Shown one piece after another: positions 23,935-38,330 of a DNA stretch of 64,000 bases. The number at the start of each line of letters is the position of its first letter. Position 1 is the stretch's first letter. Location: NCBI GenBank assembly GCA_963704165.1, contig CAVPHD010000001.1:512001-576000 (forward strand), given 5' to 3'. The DNA comes from an uncultured delta proteobacterium (GTDB taxonomy: Bacteria > Myxococcota_A > UBA9160 > SZUA-336). The notes below the pieces were generated by a model. The model was given only the letters and a program-made list of their open reading frames with translations, was not told where the DNA came from and made no database searches. The position numbers and the translations under genes were made by a program.

Positions 23935-25050
23935 ATGATCCGGAACCTGGGGCTGGCGCTGCTGTCGGTCATCGTCGCCCTCGCGTTCTGTGAGGCGATG
24001 CTGCGCCTGTTCGGCGCCGACGTTCTGCCCAAGCCGGACCTGTACGTCCTGGACCCGGACGTCGGCAAGCGGATGCGGCCCGGATGGGAAGGCGACGAGT
24101 TCAAGGCGCCGGTCAAGATCAACTCCAAGGGCCTGCGAAATCCGGAAACGCCCTACGAGAAACCCGAAGGCGTGTACCGCGTCCTCGCGCTCGGCGATTC
24201 CTGGACGTTCGGATTTCGTCTCGACGAGCCCGATTGCTACCCGCGACAGCTCGAGCGCATCCTCGCCGAGCGCGCGTCGCTGCGCGGCGATCCGAGACGC
24301 TTCGAGGTGATCAACGCCGGCGTGATCGGTTACTCGACCGACCAGGAGGCCGCCTGGTTGCGGGTCGAAGGCTGGAAGTACCAGCCGGATCTGGTGCTGG
24401 TGAACTACTACCCGGTCAACGACACGCACAACAAGCTCGCCTCCTACCGGCGTCGCGCGCAGCTTCGCGACATCCATCCCTGGCTTCTCGAGCTCGTCGA
24501 AGCGCCGAAGCGGCTGTACCTGCGCCAGTTCTGGAAAGGCGCGAAGCGGACGCTGCAGTACAAGCTCCGCGTCGCCCGAGCGGACGGTGACCCGAAGGCC
24601 GGAGCCGAGGATTGGACGACCGCCTATCGGGAGGGCCGGAAGGGCTGGGAGGCGGTGCGAACGGCGCTCGCCGAGATCGGTGGCGAGGCGCGCCCGCGTC
24701 AGGTGCCGGTCCTGGCCGTCCTGCTTCCCGACGCCCAGAACCTCGAGCGCTACTCCGCCAGCTACCACCCGAAGGTCGCGCCGATGATCGAGGGCGCCGT
24801 GGCCGATGCCGGTCTGGACTTCTTCGACCTCGAGCCGACGTTCGCGCCGTGGGCCGCCAGGGAGGACGAGGTGCGCTTCGGCGTGCTCCGCCACCCGAAC
24901 GCGAAGGGCTACGGAATCATCGCGGAAGCGGTCGCGGACGAGCTCGGGCGGCGCTATCTGGGCTGGGCGCAGCCGCCGAGGGCGTTGGTGGAGATGAGCG
25001 GGATCGAACCGCCGACCTCTGCGTTGCGAACGCAGCGCTCTCCCAGCTGA
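23935..25050 (+). CDS. SGNH/GDSL hydrolase with N-terminal membrane anchor
   Basis: LGDSWTFG, NAGVIGY, ND and HPNAKG blocks. The 3' end overlaps the tRNA-Ala gene antisense. Confidence 0.8.
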   Translation: MIRNLGLALLSVIVALAFCEAMLRLFGADVLPKPDLYVLDPDVGKRMRPGWEGDEFKAPVKINSKGLRNPETPYEKPEGVYRVLALGDSWTFGFRLDEPDCYPRQLERILAERASLRGDPRRFEVINAGVIGYSTDQEAAWLRVEGWKYQPDLVLVNYYPVNDTHNKLASYRRRAQLRDIHPWLLELVEAPKRLYLRQFWKGAKRTLQYKLRVARADGDPKAGAEDWTTAYREGRKGWEAVRTALAEIGGEARPRQVPVLAVLLPDAQNLERYSASYHPKVAPMIEGAVADAGLDFFDLEPTFAPWAAREDEVRFGVLRHPNAKGYGIIAEAVADELGRRYLGWAQPPRALVEMSGIEPPTSALRTQRSPS

Positions 25051-25061
25051 GCTACATCCCC
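24986..25061 (-). tRNA. tRNA-Ala(CGC)
   Basis: GGGGATGTAGCTCAGCTGGGAGAGCGCTGCGTTCGCAACGCAGAGGTCGGCGGTTCGATCCCGCTCATCTCCACCA; 76-nt cloverleaf, G3:U70, anticodon CGC, encoded CCA. Confidence 0.97.
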
Positions 25062-25151
25062 GACCGGTTGGGCGGTACCTTAGACCCCCGCTCTCTCGCT
25101 TGCCAGCGCAGCTTCGCCTCAACAGCTGCACATCGCTGCCGATAGGGAGGC

Positions 25152-27266
25152 GTGGCGGGGCCGGTAGTCGGTATCGATCTCGGAACCCTGAACAGCTGCG
25201 TCGCCGTCGTGAAGGACGGCAAGGCGGTCGTTCTGGCCGATGAGGCGCGCACGACGACGCCCTCCTGTGTGGCGATCCAGCAGGGGCGGGAGCTCGTCGG
25301 GGCGGCCGCGAAGCGCCATGCCGTGACCTCCCCGCAGAGCACCGTGATCGCGGTCAAACGCCTGATCGGTCACGCGTTCGACTCCGACGAGGTGCGCGCC
25401 GCGGCCGCGCGCGTTCCGTACACGCTGTCGGCGAGCCCGCTCGGCGGCGTGCTGCTCGAGGTCGAAGGCGCCAAGCTCACGCCCGTCGAGGTCTCGACGA
25501 AGATCCTCAAGCGCGTTCGCGAGGTCGCGGAGAAGGCGCTCGGCGTGCCGGTGACACGGGCGGTGATCTCCGTTCCCGCTCACTTCAACGACGTGCAGCG
25601 CAAGGCGACCAAGCTCGCTGCCGAGTACGCCGGCCTCGAGGTGCTGCGGCTGATCAACGAGCCGACGGCCGCGGCGTTCGCCTACGGGTACAAGAAGCAC
25701 AAGGACTTCACGCTCGCCGTCTACGATCTCGGCGGCGGCACGTTCGACGTCACCGTCATGTGTGCCCGCGGCGATACCTTCGAGGTGGTCGCGACCGACG
25801 GCGATTCGTACCTCGGCGGTGAGGACTTCGACTACGCGATCGCGGAGTGGCTCGAGAGCGAGTTCGCCGCGGAGCACGGTTTCGATCTTTCGACCCAGCA
25901 AGCCGCACGGCTTCGCCTGAAGGAGGCCGCCGAGAAGGCCAAGATCGAGCTCGCCTCGGCCGAAGTCGCGCAGATCGACCTGCCGTTCCTCGCGGTGCTT
26001 CCCGACGGAACCCAGGCGAACTTCTCGAGGAGCTTCTCGCGCCAGAAGCTCGTCGAGGTATGCCAGCCGTTGGTCGCGCGGACGCTCGAACTCTGCGAGC
26101 GCTGTCTGTCGACCGCGCGCATCTCTCGTGGCGAGGTCGGCGAGGTCCTGCTCGTCGGTGGACAGAGCCGCATGCTCGCGGTTCGCGACGCGGTCAAGGA
26201 CTTCTTCGGCAAAGAGCCGCGGCGCGACATCAATCCCGACGAGGTCGTCGCGATCGGCGCCGCTCTCTACGCCTACTCCCTGTCCGCCGATCAGCTGCAG
26301 AAAGAGGCGGTCGATGCCGCCGAAGACGCCTACGGTGTCGCGGTACGTCGAACCGAAGTCGCGCGCAAGATCGTGAAGGAAGTCGAGAGCCTGCGTGCCA
26401 GGCCTCTCGACGACGCGGGTCTGGCCTCGCGCCTGCAATCGCTGCTTCAGGCGACCCAGGCGGACGGCACCATCCCGCCCGACTTCCGCGATACCACCGA
26501 CCCCGGCTCGATCGGCCCGATCACCTTCGGTACGAGCGAGCCAGCCGAAGACGACTCACCACGGATGCTCGACGTCGCGCACGAGCCTCTTCAGCTCGAA
26601 GGTCTGTTGGGGAACTCGGCGAGTGACGATGATCTGCCGACGGCGATCCGGGGTCTGAAGAGCGAGCTGATGCAGCTCGACTACAAGGCCGCCGAGCTGA
26701 TCGAGCAGCTCGCCAACGACGTGTGCGACGCCGAGGCGTCGGAGCTGCTCGAAATCGCGAAGGATCGGCTGAACGAGAGCCTGACCGATGCCAGGGGCGC
26801 ATCGGACGAGGTCGTCGAGCAGATCAAGACCGCCGTCGAACACAAGCAGGCGCGGCGCGTGAATCTGCGCGACGTCACGTCGTTGCCACTCGGCATCGCG
26901 AGCGCGGGTGGGGTCTTCACCGTGCTGATCGATCAGAACGTCGTCGTTCCCACCGAGCTCGCGCGCGTGTTCACGACCAACCAGGACGGTCAGGCCGAGG
27001 TCGAGATCCGCGTCTTCCAGGGCCGTGCGCGAAACGTCGCCGACAACCAGTTGCTCGGCTCCTTCATCCTCGAGGGCATCGCCCCCGCGCGGCGCATGGA
27101 GCCGAAGATCGACGTCGCATTCCGAATCGACGAGAACGGAATCCTGGCGGTGCGCGCGTGCAACGCGGAGTCGGGCGCAGAGCAGAGCATCCGGATCGAG
27201 GACCCGCTCGGCCTGCAGCAGGTCGAGCCGGCCACACCCGCGCAGGAACCCGAAATCGAAACCTAG
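25152..27266 (+). CDS. Atypical Hsp70/DnaK-family protein
   Basis: [42 protein letters not shown] and [11 protein letters not shown] in the NBD; beta-SBD after a long insertion. Confidence 0.88.
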   Translation: MAGPVVGIDLGTLNSCVAVVKDGKAVVLADEARTTTPSCVAIQQGRELVGAAAKRHAVTSPQSTVIAVKRLIGHAFDSDEVRAAAARVPYTLSASPLGGVLLEVEGAKLTPVEVSTKILKRVREVAEKALGVPVTRAVISVPAHFNDVQRKATKLAAEYAGLEVLRLINEPTAAAFAYGYKKHKDFTLAVYDLGGGTFDVTVMCARGDTFEVVATDGDSYLGGEDFDYAIAEWLESEFAAEHGFDLSTQQAARLRLKEAAEKAKIELASAEVAQIDLPFLAVLPDGTQANFSRSFSRQKLVEVCQPLVARTLELCERCLSTARISRGEVGEVLLVGGQSRMLAVRDAVKDFFGKEPRRDINPDEVVAIGAALYAYSLSADQLQKEAVDAAEDAYGVAVRRTEVARKIVKEVESLRARPLDDAGLASRLQSLLQATQADGTIPPDFRDTTDPGSIGPITFGTSEPAEDDSPRMLDVAHEPLQLEGLLGNSASDDDLPTAIRGLKSELMQLDYKAAELIEQLANDVCDAEASELLEIAKDRLNESLTDARGASDEVVEQIKTAVEHKQARRVNLRDVTSLPLGIASAGGVFTVLIDQNVVVPTELARVFTTNQDGQAEVEIRVFQGRARNVADNQLLGSFILEGIAPARRMEPKIDVAFRIDENGILAVRACNAESGAEQSIRIEDPLGLQQVEPATPAQEPEIET

Positions 27267-27293
27267 CTTGCGCGCCCCCGCGCGTATGGCACG

Positions 27294-27740
27294 ATGGCGA
27301 CGATGACGCGTGGGCTTGCCATCGCTCTGATGCTCGCGTGCGCCGGCGCTCAGCCAGCGCTCAGCTCCTCGCTCATCACCAGCGCACTGGCCTTTGGAAT
27401 CCATTCGCACGGCCACGAACACTCGATCGCGCTGCACTCCGACGGCACCCACATCGACATCGTGCTCTCGCACGGCGATGGCGGGAGTCACGATCACGCG
27501 AAGATGCCCGCGGATCACGATCATCCGGCATCCCTGCTCGAGGGTGCCCACGTCGTTCACGTCACGGCTGTCGAAGCCGCGAACTCGACCTCGCGCCGCG
27601 TGGTGATTCACCAGCCGCTGTCGCTTCCGATCGCGCTCGTGCGTCCGCCCGACGTCGCACGCGCATCGCCGCCGTGCGCGTCGTTCGCGTCGCATGCACG
27701 CGGACTGGATCAGCTGAGAACCATCGTCCTCCGTCTCTGA
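27294..27740 (+). CDS. His-rich exported protein upstream of czcCBA (CzcI-like position)
   Basis: Signal-like N-terminus, HSHGHEH and HDH repeats, C-terminal LRTIVLRL. Confidence 0.6.
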   Translation: MATMTRGLAIALMLACAGAQPALSSSLITSALAFGIHSHGHEHSIALHSDGTHIDIVLSHGDGGSHDHAKMPADHDHPASLLEGAHVVHVTAVEAANSTSRRVVIHQPLSLPIALVRPPDVARASPPCASFASHARGLDQLRTIVLRL

Positions 27741-27816
27741 GAGGTCGCGTCGCACCCGAGTCACCGCTCCGCGGTGAGATCTCGATCGATGCCTTCCACT
27801 GGAGGACGAATGTCTC

Positions 27817-29169
27817 ATGACCTGCACTGCATGCTTGCGGTGCGCGGTGCTGTTCGCGGCTGGGCTCTGCCTTCCGCTCAGCGGCCACGCACAATCGCCT
27901 GCACCGTATCCCGTCGGACGCGAGCTTGCCGTCTTCGAGGCGCCCGCGTCCGCGCAGACCTCTTCTCCCGCCGAGCCGCCTGAGCCCTCCGGCGCGCTCC
28001 GGCTCGAGGACGCGCTCGCGGCGGCGCTGCTGCGCAATCCGCTGCTCGCAGCCGACGCGTACGAGGTCCGCGCGCGCGAAGCGGCTCTGCTCCAGGCCGG
28101 TGCGCGCCCCAACCCGACGCTCTCGCTCGAGGTCGAGGACTTCGCCGGCTCCGGCGAGTTCAGCGCCCTCGACGGCGCGCAGACCACGCTCCTGCTCGGA
28201 CAGCTGATCGAGCTCGGTGGGAAGCGAGCCGCGCGGATCGGTCTCGCCTCGGCGGACCGGGACCTGGCGGCGTGGGACTACGAGGTCCGGCGAATCGGTG
28301 TGCTGGTGGACTGCGCCAACGCGTTCGTCGACGTGCTGGCCGCACAGGAGCGCGTCCACCTGGCCAACGACGAGGTCGAACTCGCGACCGCGATGCAACG
28401 CGTGGCGTCTTCGCGCCTGCGGGCCGGGATCGCCTCACCCGCGGAGCAGATCCGAGCCGACATCGAGGCCGATGTTGCCGAGGTCGAGCGCGAGCACACC
28501 GAGCACGGGCTCGCGACCGCTCGACAGATCCTCGCCGCGGTCTGGGCCGGTGAGGAGCCCCGCTTCGAGCGCGCGCTCGGCGATCTCGAGCGGCTCCCCG
28601 GAGTTCCGTCTGGCGAGGAGCTGGCCCGGCGGCTCGATGCAAGTCCGAGCGTTGCGCGTTGGCGTGCCGAGCTCGCGCGGCGAGATGCGCTGCGCGCGCG
28701 TGCGCAGAGCGAGCGAACTCCGAACGTGACGCTACAGGCCGGTCCGCGCCGCCTCTCGGGCCCCGGAGACACCGCGCTCGTCGTCGGCATCGCATTGCCC
28801 CTGCCACTCTGGGATCGCAATCGCTTTGGGATCGCGGAGGCCGAGCACCGCGTCGCGAAGCTCGGAGCCGAAGCGCGCGCCGCGCGAATCCGCGCCGTCA
28901 CCGATCTCGCGACCGCGCGCGTCGGCCTCGAAGCGTCGACCGAGGAAGCCCACCTGCTGCGCACGCGCGTGCTGCCCGGCGCCGCGCGCGCCGTCGACGT
29001 GCTGCGGCGCGGCTACGAGCGCGGCCGTTTCGCCCAGTTCGAAGTCCTCGAAGCCCAGCGTGCGCGCCTCGCGGTGCGGGAGCAGTACCTGCGCGCGCTC
29101 GTCGAGGCACATCACGACGCGCAACTGATCGAACGCCTGACCGGCGTGCCGTTGGAGGTACGACCTTGA
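27817..29169 (+). CDS. czcC: TolC-family outer-membrane factor of a heavy-metal RND pump
   Basis: ARPNPTL, QLIELGGKRAAR, LPLWDRN. Confidence 0.85.
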   Translation: MTCTACLRCAVLFAAGLCLPLSGHAQSPAPYPVGRELAVFEAPASAQTSSPAEPPEPSGALRLEDALAAALLRNPLLAADAYEVRAREAALLQAGARPNPTLSLEVEDFAGSGEFSALDGAQTTLLLGQLIELGGKRAARIGLASADRDLAAWDYEVRRIGVLVDCANAFVDVLAAQERVHLANDEVELATAMQRVASSRLRAGIASPAEQIRADIEADVAEVEREHTEHGLATARQILAAVWAGEEPRFERALGDLERLPGVPSGEELARRLDASPSVARWRAELARRDALRARAQSERTPNVTLQAGPRRLSGPGDTALVVGIALPLPLWDRNRFGIAEAEHRVAKLGAEARAARIRAVTDLATARVGLEASTEEAHLLRTRVLPGAARAVDVLRRGYERGRFAQFEVLEAQRARLAVREQYLRALVEAHHDAQLIERLTGVPLEVRP

Positions 29170-30392
29170 CCCACCGATTCCTGAGCGTTGCCCTGTGCCT
29201 GTCGCTCTTCGGCACGATCGCATGCTCGCCCGACGAGCACGTGGACGACGGAGCGGCGTCGTACGAGCGCGGACCGCATGGCGGACGCTGGTTCCCGGAC
29301 GGCGAGTTCGCACTCGAGCTCACGATCTTCGAACGCGGCGTTCCACCCGAGTTCCGCGCGTACGTGTACCGGAACGGGGAACCGATCGACCCGGCGAGCG
29401 TCGAGCTCGACGTGACGCTTCGCAGGCTCGGTGAACGCGTCGATCGGATCGGTTTCGCCGCGCAGGGTGAATACCTGCTCGGCGACCGGACCGTCTACGA
29501 GCCCCATTCCTTCGACGCCGAGATCGTGGCGCGGACGAACGGTCGCGAGCACCGGTTCGCGTTCTCGTCGTACGAGAACCGCGTCTCGCTCGCGCCCGAT
29601 CAGCTCGAGGCCTCCGGGATCTCGATCGAGGTCGCTTCGCCCGCCACGATTCACGAACACGTCCGCCTGAACGGACGGATCGCGCCGAACGCGGACGCAC
29701 TCGCACACGTGATGCCGCGCTTTCCGGGAATCGTGCGAGCGGTGCACAAGCGGCTCGGAGATCCGATCGCGCGGGGCGATCTGCTCGCGGTGATCGAGAG
29801 CAACGAGAGCCTGCACCCGTTCGAGGTGCGCGCGCAGCTCGCGGGCACCGTGATCGCAAAGGACGTCTCGCCCGGCGAGTTCGTATCGAACGATCGGGAG
29901 CTCTTCGAGATCGCGGATCTCAGCAGCGTCTGGGTCGATCTCGACGTGTACCGGCGCGACTTCGGGCGGTTGCGTGTCGGCCAATCGGTTCGGATCGACG
30001 CGGGAGACGGCTCGGAGCCGGTCGAGAGCGCGCTCAGCTACCTGTCGCCGATCGGCTCGATCAACACGCAGACCCTGCTCGCCCGCGCCGTGCTCCCGAA
30101 CCCCGATCTCTCCTGGCGGCCTGGGTTGTTCGTGACCGCCGAGGTCGAAGTCGGAGCGAACTCCGTACCGGTCGCCGTGTCCGTCGATGCGCTCCAGCGC
30201 CTGCGCGACTGGGACGTCGTGTTCATCACGGTGGATGGCGTCTTCGAGGCGCAGCCGGTCGAGCTCGGCCGCCGCGACGCGACCCACGTCGAGATCGTGT
30301 CGGGCCTCGAAGCCGGACAGAGCTATGTCGCCGCGGGCAGCTTCGTCCTCAAGTCCGACGTCGGAAAATCCGGCGCGACGCACGACCACTAG
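29166..30392 (+). CDS. czcB: RND periplasmic adaptor (lipoprotein)
   Basis: TTG start overlapping the czcC stop; ERGPHGGR, EPHSF, ADLSSVWV, WRPGLFV; C-terminal HDH. Confidence 0.87.
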   Translation: MTHRFLSVALCLSLFGTIACSPDEHVDDGAASYERGPHGGRWFPDGEFALELTIFERGVPPEFRAYVYRNGEPIDPASVELDVTLRRLGERVDRIGFAAQGEYLLGDRTVYEPHSFDAEIVARTNGREHRFAFSSYENRVSLAPDQLEASGISIEVASPATIHEHVRLNGRIAPNADALAHVMPRFPGIVRAVHKRLGDPIARGDLLAVIESNESLHPFEVRAQLAGTVIAKDVSPGEFVSNDRELFEIADLSSVWVDLDVYRRDFGRLRVGQSVRIDAGDGSEPVESALSYLSPIGSINTQTLLARAVLPNPDLSWRPGLFVTAEVEVGANSVPVAVSVDALQRLRDWDVVFITVDGVFEAQPVELGRRDATHVEIVSGLEAGQSYVAAGSFVLKSDVGKSGATHDH

Positions 30393-35155
<4,763 letters not shown>

Positions 35156-35159
<4 letters not shown>

Positions 35160-36256
35160 GGCTCTTCCGCGCATTCGGGGTCCGAACACCAGCGCGCCGG
35201 CAGCGCCGACCTGAACCCCGCCGACAGATTCTCGAAGGCTTCGTCGAAACGCGCCGCCTCGTCGGTGGCGAACGCGGACGTGCCGCGTGCGACCGCATCG
35301 CTCGACAGCACGCCTCGAAGCAAGAGGCCGCGCTTCAGAGCGGCCAGACTCCGCTTGCCCGACGGAAACCGGTAGCTCTCGGAGAACGCACGGAAGAGCG
35401 CGGCGAGCTCGTCCATGCGCTCGACGTCACCCGCGCCCGCGACCTGCCAGGCACGCTGCCACTCGCGCGGCCAGAGATTCGCGGGACCCGACACGACCCC
35501 CGCCGGAAGCTGGTCGTGAAGCAGGAAGCGATTCCAGTGCTCGCGCAGGGCGCCGAGAAGGCCCGAGCGCGGGCGCATCATCTCGAGAATGTGCAAGGCC
35601 TCACCGACGTAGATCCCGAACGCGCCGCGATCTCGAAACTGACGCGCGGCCTTGGTGTAGTGACCGAGCTTGCGCGGCGGCGCCGATACCTTGATCCCGC
35701 GCACGAAGTCGAGCCGCGAGAGCTGCTTCACCCACTTCGTGCGCAGATGGGCGATGTCTCCCGCCGAGATGTCGGCGTTGTCGTACAGGAAGATCGGCAG
35801 CCTGCGCTCGCGTGCGTCGAGCAGATCCGCGACGTCGCGGGCGATGAAGCGAACGGGGTCGTCGATGTCGCGGATCGCCAGCGGCGCGATCACCCCGGCA
35901 TGCGCACCGACGTCGAGCGCGAGCTCGAGCGTTTCGAGCGTCTCCTCGCGGGTCGGCGCGGTCAGCCCGACCCACGCCTCCACCGTTCGGTGTCCGGCCT
36001 GCGCGAGCCGCGCCTCGTGCTTGCGGGTCTCCTCGACCACGACGCGAATCACCCGATGGCGGCGCGTCTGGTCGAGCCGGTTCCACTCGCCGGTCGTCCC
36101 CATCACGAAGATCACGTCCGCGCCGCGTCCGGCCTGGATCAGGTAGCGCACCAGGCGACGCTGATCGGCGTCGATCGGCTCGCCGCCCGCGTCGACGCAG
36201 GTGATGCAGGGAATCGAGAGGCCGCCGCGCGGCGTGTAGTTTTCGAGCGTGCGCAC
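35156..36256 (-). CDS. DapA/N-acetylneuraminate lyase family class I aldolase
   Basis: GTTGE, LYDN and the Schiff-base lysine in GIKVS; divergent from the true dapA at 11694. Confidence 0.8.
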
Positions 36257-36265
36257 GTCCCGAAC

Positions 36266-37294
36266 TTACGTCCCCTGTTGGCGCGGGTCGAGGGCATCGC
36301 GCAGCCCGTCCCCGAGCAGGTTGTACGCGGTCACCGTGACGAAGATCGCGGCGCCGGGGAAGACGGCGAGCCACCACGCGGTGGTGTTGGACTGCGCGAC
36401 CGCGAGGATCGATCCCCAGGTGACGACGTGCGCGGGCACGCCGATGCCCAGGAACGACAGGCCCGACTCGGTCAGGATCGCGCTCGCGACGCCGAACGAC
36501 ATCGAGACCAGCACGGGCGCGATCGCGTTGGGCAGGATGTGGCGGAGCATGATGCGCGTGTCTCTCGCGCCGAGGCTCTGCGCCGCCGCGACGTAGTCCA
36601 TCGCGCGGACGCGCAGGAACTCGCTGCGAATCAGACGCGCGATCCCGACCCAGCCGGTCAACCCGAGGATCACCATGATCAGATAGACCGACGGTTTGAA
36701 GACGGCGGCGACCGTGATGATCAGGAAGAACGTCGGGATGCCGAGCATCACCTCGAAGATCCGCGAGAGCACCAGGTCCGCCGGTCCGCCGTAATAGCCG
36801 GCGATCCCGCCGAGCAGAACTCCGATCGAGGCCTGGATCGCGACGACCACGAGTCCGATCGTGAGGGAGACGCGGATGCCGTGAATCAGACCGGCGGCGA
36901 CGTCCCGCCCCAGACCGTCGGTGCCGAGCCAGTGCTCGCGCGACGGGGCCTCGAAGACGTCGCCGGTGATGTCCGGCACCGTCGCGCTGTAGGGAATCGG
37001 CGGCCAGTACACGCGGTCGGCCGTCGCTGCGAGGCGCGAGAAGCGCTGGTTCGCGAGCGGTGCCGGCCACTGACGGGCGCCGAGCCAGACCTGGTAGTCG
37101 ATCAACACCGGGTAGTAGCTCTCGCCCTCGATCTCGATGTAGTACGGCTTGTCGTTCGCCACGAAATCCGCGAGCAACGCCAGCAGCGCGAGCAGTCCGA
37201 TCACGCCGATTCCGAAGACCGCCCGCCGCTCGCGCCGGAGCGCGCGCCAGACGCGGGCGCGGGCACCCTCCACCGGCTCGTTCGACGCGCTCAC
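36266..37294 (-). CDS. Opp/Dpp-type ABC permease (OppC-like)
   Basis: HWLGTDGLGRD, EAA loop, HILPN, NLLGDGLRDALDP. Confidence 0.9.
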   Translation of the reverse strand: MSASNEPVEGARARVWRALRRERRAVFGIGVIGLLALLALLADFVANDKPYYIEIEGESYYPVLIDYQVWLGARQWPAPLANQRFSRLAATADRVYWPPIPYSATVPDITGDVFEAPSREHWLGTDGLGRDVAAGLIHGIRVSLTIGLVVVAIQASIGVLLGGIAGYYGGPADLVLSRIFEVMLGIPTFFLIITVAAVFKPSVYLIMVILGLTGWVGIARLIRSEFLRVRAMDYVAAAQSLGARDTRIMLRHILPNAIAPVLVSMSFGVASAILTESGLSFLGIGVPAHVVTWGSILAVAQSNTTAWWLAVFPGAAIFVTVTAYNLLGDGLRDALDPRQQGT

Positions 37295-38319
37295 GCCCGC
37301 GATTTCCCGAAGCTGATGCGCGGATCGACGAGCGCGAGCGCGATGTCGGCGAGCAGAAAGCCGACCAGCGTCAGAAACGAGCTCGCGGTGAAGAGCGCGA
37401 GAACGACCGGATAGTCGCGCGCGAGCACCGCCTGATAGCCGAGCTGCCCGATCCCGGGGATCGAGAAGATCCGCTCGATGATCACCGAGCCGCCGATCAG
37501 ACCGGGAAGGATGCCCGCGAGAATCGTCACCATCGAGATCAGCGAGTTCCGGAGCATGTGTTTGCCGATGACGGTGCGCTCGGGAAGTCCCTTGGCGCGC
37601 GCGGTGCGGATGAAATCCTGGCGCGCGTTCTCGAGCATCGCCGAACGCATGTAGCGCGAGAGCTCCGCGTAGCTGCCGAGCGTGGTCAGGAAGAGCGGCA
37701 GCGCGAGGTGATAGGCGATGTCGGCCGCGCGCTGGCCGAGCGGCCAGTCCGCGCTGTAGTCGAGCGATCGCAGGCCGCCGGGGGGGAACCACGCGAAGTA
37801 GTCCCCGCCGCAGAAAAACACGATCAGAAGCACGCCGATCCAGAAGCTCGGCAGCGAGTACAGCATGAAGATCGAGATCGTCGAGATCTGATCGAAGCGG
37901 CTGCCCGGGCGCACGGCCGAGTAGATGCCCAGCGGTATCGCGATCAGGTACATGACGAAGATCGAGACCGCGGCGATCGTGATCGTGACCGGAAGCCGCG
38001 GACGGATCTTCTCCCAGACCGGCTGGCGGTCCTTCATGCTCGTGCCGAGGTCGGAACGCAGCAGCCCCGCGAACCACCGCGCGTACTGCACGGGAATCGG
38101 CTGGTCGAGACCGAGCTCCTTTCGCAGCCGCGCCTTCGACTCCTCGAGATCGGCGAGCTTCTGCGTGCTGATGCCGCTCTGACCCGCGCCGAGCCCGCCC
38201 GAGAGGTACAGCTCGACGGGATCGCCCGGCGCGAGATGGATGATCGCGAAGCCGATGAAGGTGATCGCGATGAACGTCGGAACGAGCAGCGCGATTCGCC
38301 GGAGCAGGTAGAAGAACAC
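37291..38319 (-). CDS. Opp/Dpp-type ABC permease (OppB-like)
   Basis: APGDP, GLDQP, DFIRTARAKGL, ADIALALVDPRI. Confidence 0.9.
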   Translation of the reverse strand: MFFYLLRRIALLVPTFIAITFIGFAIIHLAPGDPVELYLSGGLGAGQSGISTQKLADLEESKARLRKELGLDQPIPVQYARWFAGLLRSDLGTSMKDRQPVWEKIRPRLPVTITIAAVSIFVMYLIAIPLGIYSAVRPGSRFDQISTISIFMLYSLPSFWIGVLLIVFFCGGDYFAWFPPGGLRSLDYSADWPLGQRAADIAYHLALPLFLTTLGSYAELSRYMRSAMLENARQDFIRTARAKGLPERTVIGKHMLRNSLISMVTILAGILPGLIGGSVIIERIFSIPGIGQLGYQAVLARDYPVVLALFTASSFLTLVGFLLADIALALVDPRISFGKSRA

Positions 38320-38330
38320 CGCGCTCGCCC

